Shown here: positions 1 to 11,723 of the stretch, in pieces
Layout of the letters: the number at the start of each line of letters is the position of its first letter
Position numbering within the stretch: the first letter of the stretch is position 1
Source of the DNA: Catajapyx aquilonaris
Lineage: Eukaryota
Length of the DNA: 64,000 bases
NCBI GenBank assembly: GCA_000934665.2
Contig: KZ538497.1
Span: forward strand, 1-64,000
Direction: 5' to 3'
Position numbers and translations under genes: made by a program
Notes under the pieces: model-generated
Databases searched by the model: none
What the model was told of the DNA's origin: nothing
What the model saw: the letters and a program-made list of their open reading frames with translations, nothing else

Positions 1-801
1 TTGATGCAACAGAGTGATGGAATGTATGTTTACAGGCCTGGGCTAGCTAGTTATGAACAAAAATCCCAAATCCCAGACCAAGGCTAGTTCCCCATTGCAA
101 GGGGGATTTTGTTTAAAAATTAGTTCGTGCATTTTACAGTCTTGCAACCAAATGTGTCATACTTCACTATACTTTGAAGGTAATATGAAAGGTGTGGCTC
201 AAGATCTTGGTACACTTGGGTTCCATAATACTTTGCAATTATTGTTAAAAGAGCAGGCTTTACCTTCACAGTACTTGTTCGTACTGATGCGCTTAATATT
301 TTAAAATGTTTCCTGTTCTACTGTAATTGCATATTGCTAATTAGCTGGTGAAAACATAGCAAATTAAGTCGAGAACCAATCAGTGGACTTGTAGAAGTCG
401 TACTCTCAATATTAAAGTAAATAATTTATTATTGTGCCCATAGCCGCCCTTTGGTGTTGCTCTGGCGACTTCTTTGTGCACTCAATACAAAGCCTTGGAT
501 TAAATTTTGAAACCGATACGTTTTGAAACGGACATTTTAAAAATCAGCAGGCATCCTCATCAAACAAAACTTTTAAATTGTATTTATGCTAGGAAAAATA
601 CTAGCCCCCTGGCTTTTGCAATCTAAAAAAGCACGAACACGTCCCAGCATAAATAGGTGTGTAAAGCACACATATTTTGCCCTAGAGACAGTCAACGTGA
701 TTCAATAATTAATTTCTGTCGATTATAAATGCATACATTCTTTGACATTGTGTTATTCCAGACAACTGACGTGTAACTATTTCTTTTCTTTTAATTATTA
801 G

Positions 802-1115
802 TGGTGGCCTTCAGCGTCCAAGGGGATACGAATACGACGGCGACATCCCCAGCAACAACAAAATTAACAGGATCTACCGGTACTTCTGCAACAAAATCAT
901 CAGGATCTACTACTTCTGCAACAAAATCATCAGGATCTACTACTTCTGCAACAAAATCATCAGGATCTACTTCTGCAACAAAATCAACAGGACCTACTTC
1001 TGCAACAAAACCTCCGACTACAGCAAAACCTCACGTCACTACACAGAGTGGTAGCATGATTGTAGCCTCCTTCAGCCTCCTGTTGTTGATGTTCATACCT
1101 GCCTATTGTGTTTAA
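802..1115 (+). CDS. Terminal exon of small Ser/Thr-rich, putatively GPI-anchored mucin-like protein (paralog 1); signal-peptide exon probably lies upstream of the window
   Basis: Pyrimidine tract + AG ending at 801; phase-1 exon reads VAFSVQGDTNTT...(TSATKSSGST)n...SGSMIVASFSLLLLMFIPAYCV*; AATAAA overlaps the stop. The hydrophobic tail closely resembles that of the 4584-5592 gene (ASFSILLMMIIPAYYV). Confidence 0.75.
882..1010 (+). repeat. Coding minisatellite, ~27-30 nt unit (acttctgcaacaaaatcatcaggatctact) encoding TSATKSSGS(T)
   Basis: Four to five visible tandem copies within the exon. Confidence 0.85.
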
Positions 1116-2812
1116 ATAAAATTAATATGTTTTAAAACATTTAAAGTAGTTTATTTCCTCTCAGCATAAAGATGAACTCATTTCAACATTGAAGTCATTC
1201 TTAGAAAACATTCCGGATCCTAATGGACTAAAAGAGATGAAATCTGGCTGACTATAATGAGCTTCAAAAAATATAATGTATATATGTAATATATGTAAAA
1301 TATGTGTAAGTTATATAGAAGAACGTCGTATTGTTTCAACTGAAATGCTGCTGATAGTAATAAGTGACGCGTGTGGTAAAATTAGCGGTGTAAAAAGGTA
1401 ACAGGTGCCATGTTAACAATTCCACCTGTTCATATTGACTGATTGTTTCGACGCAACAGCCACTTTCCTGGCCGCCATGAATCATATTATTTTACAAAAG
1501 ATAAATCGGATGGCTTTAGACAACCATAATGCAATAAGCAATATTAATTAATGGCATAAGTACGGAAAGCAGTGAATAATTGGAAAATGTCGATTCTTTT
1601 TGCTGTAAACTTTTCAGTTTAGTTAACTACTCAACCGAATGTATTTTTAAAAGGAAAGTCGAGCCAACAATGCTGTTGGGTTCGATAGATTAGAGTGCCA
1701 CTAATGATAATATTTAAAGTTACTGCCACTTATTTTGGACTTTGCAGTATTTTTTACCGGTAATTATTCAATATTTACTCGCATATCATGTCAGATCAGG
1801 CTCGTAACATTTTAAAAATTGCGTAAATGTAATGCCAATCAACTGCAGTAAATAATGTTGCATGGATTGTAAAGGACGTGGCATACTTTGACCCGACAGT
1901 AGCCCACTTCTCTATCCTTATAATTATGAAGGTCAAATATTTCACTTGAACACAATCTCACCATCGAGATAATAATTATGTGAAGAGGAATAGAATACAA
2001 GGAATTTCCAGTTGAAACTGATGTTGAGTTCATAGGAATAAGTAGCCTTTTTCATTCCACGCCCATCTATTTCTATAGTCGTCTAAATTCAAGCCTCGTC
2101 ACAAAACTTATTCACTGCATGCAAATGAAGGGGTCTATTAATTAGTGTAAACTATTTGCATTTAGACGTGACATTTACAGTACGGTACTGGTATACTTGT
2201 TAGTTGTCAAACTGCGGCATCATTTTATTGCTCTGTATATAGGCCTGCCATTTTTCACTATTGATATTCCTAAATGACTGCATTCCAGAATGCCACAATT
2301 TGCGTTAAGGATACGTGAAATACATGGCTCAGAATTTTTAAAAAAACATGCGAATTCATAAGTTTCAGCGAAATCAATAGGACATTGATTATCATGCCTC
2401 TTGTGGTGTGTCACTCGCGAGTAATGCAACATCTGCTCGTTTGGCATGTGATGATATTAAAAACTGCAATGGGATTACGGTTCATACAGCATATGTTGCA
2501 AGAGACGTACCTTGCATGGAGTTATCTTAAAAAACAAAACCATACCAATAAGAAGCAGCCATTGTACTAAAACACACCTTGCATACGATGCACACCCGGT
2601 CTATCTTAACAATCTTGCTCTTCAGGATGCATATTACAGGAAGGATGTTACTGACATGTCGATCCGGTCAGATAATATTGTATGCAAACAGCCTGGTCCT
2701 GAATTCGTTGCATTTCGTCAGAGGATGCTGCATTGGGCTCAACCTATGCTGTGTTTTGCTCGTCGGAGTGACTGACACATTCACACTATCAATGTGCATA
2801 AACCAGAGGAGG

Positions 2813-3844
2813 ATGTCGTTGACGGTGATGGTCCTTCTCTTTCCGATATGGATCACGTCGACAATCGAGGCTGCCGACGATCTTATCACAGAACCACCGA
2901 CAAGTTGCCAGCAGTCCGACTTGGCCCGATTCGATTCCGAAGTGAATAGCCTAAGACATGTCGGGTCTTCCGGCCTGCCAGTCACTCCGTCGCTGCTGGA
3001 GAAACGCTGTCTGTATGTATATATGTTAGGCACAAACCCCGAATGAGGACATTGGACGAAAAAAAAACGTCTAGACCGCGGAATAATTACAAGCATTACA
3101 AGCACAGTACGAATTCCACGAGTTGTTTGTCATTATTGCAGGCAGATGAAGAACTTGTCTCAGATGACAGACTATCTACTGCAACAATGCTCTGAATCTG
3201 ACACACAGAGAGCCATAGCGAACGTGGCGCCAGGAATAAAAGAGTCTGTCCAGAAACTATGCGATGACCAACAATTCGTGGGAGGCATGTCTTTTTGAGT
3301 GGAATCGATACGATTGTTGCATAATATATTTTCGATTGTTGCAGATATGAGTGTGCACAGAGCCTGCCTCGAAGCACATATGAGCGAATTGGCAAACTGT
3401 AGTACTCCAGGACTACAGGACATGGATTTGGCTCCACATATGACAATGAGGCAGCTCAGCAACATGTGCTGGTGGGTACTGTGCATTACAAAAACTTATG
3501 GACACATGTACTAACGGGGGCAGTTACATTCCAGCGAATATGAGTATGCTTTGCGATGTTTAATGTCCGAAGCAGGCAATCACTGCAATTCATCAGCTGC
3601 ACAAGTATTGAGCAATCTTATGGAGAAGATCACCAGCCAGTTACAACCAGTATGACCGAATTGTAATTGAGCAATTTGTCTGTTAGGCCTACTTTAATTA
3701 ATTGTTATCTTCCCACAGCAATGCCAGATTATGGATCCGTCCTGCATGCCTCCTGCAGTACCAAAAACGTCCGGATCAAGTGTAATCATACTACCCATTT
3801 GGCTATCCTGGACACTTTTCTGGACAACAAGAGCCTTGAGTTAA
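2813..3844 (+). CDS. Cys-rich secreted, probably GPI-anchored protein of unknown function (~236 aa; DUF19/DUF1397-like Cys spacing), 5 exons
   Basis: Exons 2813-3012 (alternative in-frame ATG at 2792), 3142-3284, 3345-3471, 3535-3649, 3719-3844 join into one ORF: signal peptide MSLTVMVLLFPIWITSTIEA, 12 Cys including a CC split by an intron, hydrophobic tail SGSSVIILPIWLSWTLFWTTRALS*. TACTAAC branch site at 3509-3515; AATAAA at 3967-3972. Intron 2 needs a GC donor. Confidence 0.8.
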
Positions 3845-4583
3845 TTAAAATCTAATTGCAACAACAAAGTCATTGTATTCAGCCCTTTCCCTGATAATTA
3901 TCTCCAATGTTCGCAGAAAGGCAAATCCATTTTGTTTCTTTCGAGAAATCACTGGCGTCATTGTGCAATAAAATTCAATTGCTAGAACATTCCTTACACA
4001 TATAAATAGCATTCAATTGCGCGTATGGAATGCAGGTGACGCCTTTATTGTATACACCTATCGCGCAGTGTTTCGCAAAACAATGAAAAATATTCGCAAA
4101 TTGGCCTCAACAGAATTTGCAGTCCAAGGTTATAGATATACAGTCGTGACCCCGAAACGATTCAATTCCTTTTGTTTTGAGACATTACGTATCCAGAGAT
4201 AAATTCTCTCTTTTATCTTCAGAAAGCAATGCTAAGTACAAGATACAGCAGTAAGCACACGTCTTTATTTTTTCTTGCGATTTCGCCCACGCATTGTTGC
4301 TATAACTATACTTGGAAGCCGCCATCTGGTCATAGACCCTGTTTATCAGAGCATGCCTTGAGGATAAGCCGGTGTCGTTCAATAATGACTAACTAAATCA
4401 ACACACGCCCCAGATATTAGGGGGGGAAGGAGAGGGACACAAAAAAAGGGAGAGTCGCCATAGAAACAAAAGGCCAGCCTGTTGAACGTGACAGATAAAA
4501 TATCTGGACAAAAAGGAGGGATATAGGACCAAGCAGACGGGACATATTTTCGTCACATCGCTTCTCGAACACAGAAGAGCAAC

Positions 4584-5592
4584 ATGCAACTAATCACTTG
4601 GGCTCTCTTGCTCGTCGTATCAGGTAAATTGCACTTTTTTACATACTGGTTGGTATTAACTGTTAGTACATATGGTGACATCCCAATTAACAATACTTGC
4701 TTCAGTACTGTTGGTTTATTTCTGGTGTCATTACACGTACTGATTGATCAGATGGCAAGTTATTGCTTCAGAGATAAAATTGTGTTTGAACTGTGTGACA
4801 GTATGACGAAGGCGTTATCGAAACCTTTCAATAAAATTGCGCAAAGGAGCGGTTAGATGCGTGGGAACCGCAATCTGTCGGTTAAAAATAATTGCCAATA
4901 TGCCAACAAAATACTGTTTATCTAATAAACCAGGAGACATTGACCTGAACGTTCATGTCTGTAGTATTATCCAGTAGTTGGATTGTCTTCCTTTCACAAG
5001 AGGTAGTTTGATTATCTCTTTATAGAGATCGATTCACATCAAAATTCAGCCTGAGTCGTTTTCAGTAATTGCGTTCGAAATAACAACGTTTAAAAGCAAT
5101 GCAGTTTCGACTTAAGTTTCGGAATTTGCCAGAAACGCGCACACTTAAGGCCCTATACTGTAGGTACAGTGCTTTTGTGGTTGAATTGCCAATTCAGTTC
5201 AATCAGTAATTTCAATTATTATAATGAGCCGATGACAAAGATTCTCTGGTAAGTTCCAGAACTTTCTAACGGTGAGCTGAGTGATGACCACAATGTCCAA
5301 GTCACACAGATTAAGCCAGAAATGTGTGCTTTAGTTGAGATAAGTTGTGATTGAAGCCCATTTTTTGTTCCGTTTTACAGTCCTGGTTCTGATGAGCCAC
5401 AAAGCCAGTGTAGACGCCGCCGCCGCAGACTCGTCAACCACATCAGCATCAACGACCGCATCGGCTGGATCGACAACAACGACTCAAGCCACAACCACAC
5501 AGAAAACGTCACATACAACCTCAGACGCCAGCATTCTCGCAGCATCCTTCAGCATCCTCCTGATGATGATCATTCCGGCCTATTATGTCTAA
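4584..5592 (+). CDS. Small Ser/Thr-rich putatively GPI-anchored mucin-like protein (paralog 2, 83 aa), 2 exons
   Basis: Exon 1 4584-4623 (MQLITWALLLVVS-G|gtaaat) + exon 2 5381-5592 (ttttacag|...VLVLMSHKASVDAAAADSSTTSASTT...DASILAASFSILLMMIIPAYYV*); AATAAA overlaps the stop. Confidence 0.85.
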
Positions 5593-5975
5593 ATAAAACT
5601 CCAGTCATAACATGCAACAAGTTTCACTGCTGCCTTGATCTGCTTTCCATGTTTACCTGTGGCTGAATTTAGCCTGATAATAATCGACCGATTAGAAGCT
5701 CGATCTAAATTGCAAGATTTATTACAGTTGGTGAGACGGGAGCAATATATAATTTGAGACTTTGTCTTTCGACCTGCAAGTTGGGGGCACACGTTTATCA
5801 CAGCGGCCCTGTAAAGATTGTGTATGTCATCCTTATCTGCCTGTTGTCTTCTTCGCAGCATTCCTTTTTTTAATAATATATACGCGACATTCGTCCACTT
5901 TATGGAAGAGTGCACACAGCGCTTTTTATCGACATGATAACAATGCCACTAAGGAAAAGATAACCTGCCACCTTG

Positions 5976-6037
5976 TCTGCCACCAGGAAAGTGATAAAAG
6001 TCACTTAAGTGACTTATATCACTTTCCTGGTGGCAGA
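5976..6037. repeat. 62-bp spacer-less palindrome centred on TTAA
   Basis: Arms 5976-6006 and 6007-6037 are reverse complements with a single mismatch. Confidence 0.9.
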
Positions 6038-7416
6038 TCCTTTGAAGCATCAGGAAGGATCACCATTTTAGTGGAAAATATGAGTGTCACCTTCAACAAT
6101 AAGGACGCAGTTTTAATATGAAAAATAAAACGAATTACTATTATTAGGCAACATATAATGTAGCTACCTTTTCTTTGTGAACTCGGTTAAATTGTCATGC
6201 TCATTTAGCTAATTTGGTACGGTGTCGCACATTTTTATTGTAGTTTCTGGATTGTACGGTCTGTATCTAATTTCGCACGTCCTTGGTTCGACCTTTGTCT
6301 GGCAGAGTCATGCAGCATGGTTAAGCAAACGATTTTAATCAGAATATACATGAGAGGTTTAAAGTCCACGATGGAACGACATTGATTTTTCGACAGAGCA
6401 CGACCATTCATATTTTGTGCAACGCTAGAAAGCATCGTGTCTCCAGTTGATGATTTAAATACAGTATTATGCAGTCCAATTTTTTCTAAAAAAAAAAAAT
6501 GTAATAATTCCTGCATTTCGTTCAATTCCACTGAAAATAGGTCTAGTGTTGCCATCTCGCGGGACAAGACCTCACCGTCTATAATTTCTACGATTACAAA
6601 ATTCGTTGATATAATTTCACACTTTGTTATGAATAAATATGTTAAAATTATTAAGCCTGATATTATAGTTCGTATATAAAAAAAAGAATGGAGTGTGCAG
6701 CAGCACCTACTGTCGACGAGAATAGGAACTAGTCATTTTCAACATGGCGGCCCTCTGGTGATGACCTGATCGACATCATTTTTCCCACTGGAAACATTCG
6801 ATTTTTGGGCCAGGTTGAGGACAGGTAAAACCATTTTGAGAATGATCGAAAGGAGCGGAAGGGGGGGCACGTCCAGGAGAAATCATAATATGGAAATGCA
6901 CACCGAGCCATGAACATGTTCTGTGAGATTGAAGCGTGTGTGGAATGTTTTTTTTTTAAAAAAGAGATGGACACACACACAGTCAACAGAGAAAATTGAC
7001 ATTGTTATGGCTTCAAATCTTATCAGTGGCAATGAGGGCGGATATGTTGATATCTGCCCTGCAACGCCCCTGAATGGTATGGGCATCGGCATCATCGCAA
7101 TCCATTTTGCGGATAATATGTTATGCAAATGAGCATGCTGAAGCTGCGGGGCTATACAGACAGGTGTGATTATTATGCACACCGTTTTGATATGAAGAAG
7201 GCGTCCAGGTGTTGAATTGTTTGTTGCATCTGAATAGGTGATATTGTATCAAGTGGTCTGTTGCATTTGTGGGGTGTGATCCTGTGAATAGGGCAAGTGC
7301 ACTAGGGGTGGAGTTGAATGCAAACATCTGATTAAGCCAGGCAGATAATTGTTTGGGCATAAATTTGTGTGGGGGAGGCCAGAAATCTAGTCACAGTGTT
7401 TGGTGAAGGCATCACG

Positions 7417-8645
7417 ATGAATCTTGCTGCTTGGGCTCTTTTGCTGGTTTGTGCAGGTAATTGCGACTTAAACAGTGGGTAATTATGGGTGGAAATGCCC
7501 TTTTAACTACACGAGCAATGTTTGAAGTGGTAAACACGTGGATAGGAGATACTTAAAATAAGGATTAATGAATTCTCGTTACCATGAGATTGTACTGGAG
7601 AATTTGCTGAATTGAAATCAAAACTAAATTTCATTGATCAGTTGGAAATAATAGCATATTTAATGCAAAGCATTGCTATCTTGTATTGAAGGAATTATGG
7701 CTTGTGTAATTGTAGCACCTTAACATTTTTGCTGTGTGTGACATTATATTGGCTTTTAGGCTGACCAACTATTACTTTTAGTTGCGGTGTTGAGGCTTCC
7801 ATCCACAGTTGCCGCAATAACTACAACTACATCACAGTCTGCAAGTGTGACAACACACACTACTGAGTCGTCTTCAACTACAAGGAAACAAACCACAACC
7901 ACAGCTGAATCTACGACTACAACACAGAAAACGCCTTCAACAACTACTGCTAAATCTACAACTATGAAGACACCTACAACGACTACTAAGCCTACAACTA
8001 TGAAGACATCTACAACAACCCCTAAACCCACAACAACCCCTAAACCCACAACAACCCCTACACCCACAACAACCCCTANNNNNNNNNNNNNNNNNNNNNN
8101 NNNNNNNNNNNNNNNNNNNNNNNNNNNNNNNNNNNNNNNNNNNNNNNNNNNNNNNNNNNNNNNNNNNNNNNNNNNNNNNNNNNNNNNNNNNNNNNNNNNN
8201 NNNNNNNNNNNNNNNNNNNNNNNNNNNNNNNNNNNNNNNNNNNNNNNNNNNNNNNNNNNNNNNNNNNNNNNNNNNNNNNNNNNNNNNNNNNNNNNNNNCA
8301 ACCCCTAAACCCACAACAACTGCTAAAACCACAACAACCCCTAAACCCACAACCCCTAAACCCACAACAACCCCTAAACCCACAACAACCCCTAAACCCA
8401 CAACCCCTAAACCCACAACCCCTAAACCCACAACAACCCCTAAATCCACAACAACCACTAAACCAACAACAACCACTAAGTCTACAAGCACAAAGACACC
8501 TACAACGACACATACAACAGAGCATACAACTGAAGCCCCGCACAAGACTAGTACAGAGCATTCTGGAAGTGACAACATTACTCTTAACACCAGCTGCCTT
8601 ATCATTTTGCTGTTGATGCCTACTCGCATCTTTTATGCCTTCTGA
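7417..8645 (+). CDS. Thr/Pro/Lys-rich putatively GPI-anchored mucin-like protein (paralog 3), 2 exons, interrupted by an assembly gap
   Basis: Exon 1 7417-7456 (MNLAAWALLLVCA-G|gtaatt; same 40-nt size as paralog 2) + exon 2 from 7782 (VAVLRLPSTVAAITTT...(TTPKPT)n...SGSDNITLNTSCLIILLLMPTRIFYAF*, stop 8643-8645); AATAAA at 8701-8706. The frame across the N-run cannot be verified. Confidence 0.8.
7950..8480 (+). repeat. Coding tandem repeat, 15-18 nt unit (acaacccctaaacccaca) encoding T(T)PKPT, flanking an N-gap at 8079-8298
   Basis: Visible on both sides of the 220-N gap; the gap most likely reflects a collapsed repeat. Confidence 0.9.
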
Positions 8646-8818
8646 TGCGAAATGTCCGTGTTGGAACAAGTGTTGAACAAGTGTGACAGTGATTTTGAAA
8701 AATAAATGGTTTGCTGAGGATGTATGGTTATTTTATGACCTCAGTAATAACTTGTGATCATGGGTGATTGGTCTGGTACTGATTTTCGCATTTTCTCTCC
8801 TCCAAGGTATTGCACGCC

Positions 8819-9536
8819 ATGACGACGTTACTAAAAGGAAGGGCAGCATTGCTGCAGTGTACGTCACTGTTGAGGCACCGAATAGTTGGAAACCTTAGGT
8901 AAATTTTGAGTGACTTAAATGCTTGCTTCCCGTAAATAAATTGTTTAAAAGTTATACCTTTATGTTTTGTTGACGTTTTATTACTAACAATTTAGCAGAC
9001 CTAGATTCCCTTGCATGTGTCAGAACATGTGCAGTGGAATGTTGGAAACTTCAAGTGTCACTGGTATGAGTCAGTGACCCACTTTGGCATGTTCACACTT
9101 AAAAAGTGTGCCACCTGTCACCAAGTTGAAGCTTGTGACAGATCACTCGGCATGCCCCGTTATTTTAGTCGCACTTTGTGATTCCAGGCATCTGTCCAGG
9201 CCGGCATCGCAGGACAAGGACGAATCGGAAGAGCCCGTGAAGTACACAACCAGTGAGGCAAGCAAATGGACAGCTCGTCAGTCTCACGGTGGAAACACTA
9301 AGGACATCCCGTGGTTTCAACCGTACGTGGTCATCATGAGCACTACTGCCTTCCTCGTCTACTTCTGCATCCTCAGGGAGGAAAGTGATCTGGATGACGA
9401 ACTCACCAAGACTTTGTACGAGAGGATGCCTGGCCTTGAGCAAAAGCAGCTTGAACTTTCCCTCGCGTACAACAAGGAGCACGGGTTGTCCACTACAGAT
9501 ATTGAAAACAGGCTACAGGAACTCAAGAACCAATAA
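8819..9536 (+). CDS. UQCC4: UQCC4/C16orf91 (CCSMST1 family)-like mitochondrial membrane protein (142 aa), 2 coding exons
   Basis: Exon 8819-8898 (basic, acid-free presequence-like MTTLLKGRAALLQCTSLLRHRIVGNLR|gtaaat) + exon 9188-9536 with the pattern EPVKYTTSEASKW...PWFQPYVV...FLVYFCILREESDLD, recalled as typical of the CCSMST1 family. Confidence 0.75.
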
Positions 9537-11265
9537 ATATTATGTGTAACACTTTTTATTGCTTTAAATCAATACATTGGAAAAGGAACAAAAATTTGTG
9601 AATGGCAAGCAGACAATTTGGCTCCACCACATTTGATTACTAGGGACCACGTGGACATAGCCGATGCTTTATTTGATGACGCGATTAATGTCCAACACCG
9701 TACAGTGTATTGTACGACACTACTTAAAGGGATTGCTTCTGCCTGACATCCGTTAGTGACATAGATTGATGTAGTTCCCTTCCACCAACTTACATTGTAC
9801 TTCATTAAAAATGCCAACAAAGTAATAATTCACATACAGTAATAATACGTCCTACTTCCATGCTTACTTAACTAACAACTGATTTTTCTATTAAGCTCAA
9901 TGAATGCTTAATTATTTATAAATATTTACTCAGGTTACTTGGATGCTTGCAGGGAATCACGTGAAGGTTTGTCACCAACAATCACGAATTCCCCTTCGCA
10001 TCCATAGTCCTGTTGTTTTAAAAATCCCCCCATGCGTGTACTAGTCACACCAGGCAATAGCCTGGGTAGTTTTACCTTCCTCCCGTAATTAAGGCTTGTA
10101 GAAAGTTTGATTAGGAAGGAGCCGGTGCGTAGAAAGTAAATGCACTTGTTACGAGAGCACAATAATTAGGGATAAGTCGGACGAGGCACAATATTTCTTA
10201 CAAAATGTGGTTCTGAAAAAAAGGGATTGATCAGAACTTTGTATTTTCACCATTTTCGTTTTCTAATCATTGTTACTGTTGATTGGTGAAAGGTAGTTGT
10301 CGTTTACCTTCCGAGACATTACATGTAAATGTAGTTCTTCCTCCACATTTATGAGTAGCTTCCTGTGTACTAAGTTGTCCGGAGTTTTTTCACCGATCCA
10401 TGTCTTTTTAACCAATGTTGTCATCGCACTTGATTTGTGCCTCTTGGTGCTGGAATGTACAAAGACAATGAAAATTGCTGCCTTAAATCCACGTTAAAAA
10501 TGTCCTCTTCGTATACTGCCAGCCTATGAAAAAATATGGTTTCTGCTATGAACAGGTCTATACGCTTGGGTCTATAATATTATGTCAGGTCCATCTGCAA
10601 CAGGCCAACTTTACCACACTAATCGCAGTACTAGTACTTTCAGAGGATGGCAGAGGTTGTTGAATCATATTACGGTTTGTGATTTCGCGTAATAGTCACA
10701 TTGCTTTAAAATAACGATGAGCAATTTAGCAGTCACTTATACTGTAATTATTTTTTCTCGCATTATCAGTGTGCATACTTCCATGTTCCTGCTGCCATGT
10801 TCCTGGTAGTATTCACTGAAATGTTTGAAGTTTCATTACATTTTCGATCTCAATAAAAATCAGGTTTTACCATTGTAACAATTGTTTCTAAAATGTATAT
10901 TTTTGTTTCAGCCCATTGCGGTTCACACCGATTGACACAGTTCCATAATTATTCTGAAGAAGGAAACAATGCTTGTGAACTTAACAATGGGCTGATTGGA
11001 ACTGTATTGACTGTGCGCAAGTGGTTTTATGTCATTTCACACGACTTTAAAAAAATAAATCATTAAGTAATTAGAAAGGCAGGGGGAAAAAAAATATGTG
11101 CACGACGATCTCAGTGCTTGAACCAACAATATTTTTTCCTTCTTCCGAATCGCCAGACAACTACCTTCCCACCCAACAATGACCTTATCCTTATTGTTGT
11201 CCCCCTCCATTTGAATCCATGGCAATTACATCAGACAGAGTGACTCAAGATTCGGAACAACGAGG

Positions 11266-11443
11266 ATGTGTTTCCGCAGATTTTTTGCTGGTCCTTCTCC
11301 TCGATATGAACAGGCCTTGGATGCCTACACGAACTCAGGTGGTCGGCTGGAAGCCCTGGAGTCGACCTTATTCCTGGAGTTGGCCTACTGCGCCATCCTG
11401 ACCCTCAAAGTCCGGACTGTACTGGACAGGCCCGGATTTCCAG
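11266..11443 (+). CDS. TMEM38: Putative alternative first coding exon 1a of TMEM38
   Basis: ATG 11266 to donor CAG|gtaata at 11444, phase 1 (matches the shared exon at 14785); encodes ...LFLELAYCAILTLKVRTVLDRPGFP, which aligns with PYFDVAHCALCCLAVREDLGPT of exon 1c. Confidence 0.55.
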
Positions 11444-11723
11444 GTAATAATAATCGGGCAGCAACAATCTCAAAATTAAAAAAATGAGGCGCTTGAAAAA
11501 AATTGAGCATAAATGGGGGAGTGGGTCAAATGGTGGGTGCGTGACATGTACCTCAAGGAGCGTAAGTGGAATCGATATATCGAATAGTTTTGTGGTGGAA
11601 ATATACCGTGCTTTGGGTGGGGGGAAGAAAAAGACAAGACTGGGTTTTATTCACCATCAGTCGAGTCAGAGCTGTACGTGGGTCTGCTGCTGGAGACACG
11701 ATAATTATAATCAAAAAAAAAAG

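Noticed and set aside
1839..2120. Minus-strand ORF fragments with plausible splice sites
   Set aside because: Could not be joined into a consistent frame and no family was recognisable.
6883..7360. Several overlapping 70-100 aa ORFs upstream of mucin paralog 3
   Set aside because: No coherent splice model or recognisable motif; may be decayed sequence.
8020..8440. Repeated CCCTAAA, resembling plant-type telomeric repeats or a CRISPR-like array
   Set aside because: The motif is part of a 15-18 nt coding unit (Pro-Lys codons) with no unique spacers; the context is eukaryotic and has no cas genes.
7756..8669. Minus-strand ORFs rich in VVVGLG or GCCGFR repeats, resembling Cys-rich keratin-associated or metallothionein-like proteins
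   Set aside because: They are antisense readings of the TTPKPT mucin repeat, and they are extended artificially through the N-gap.
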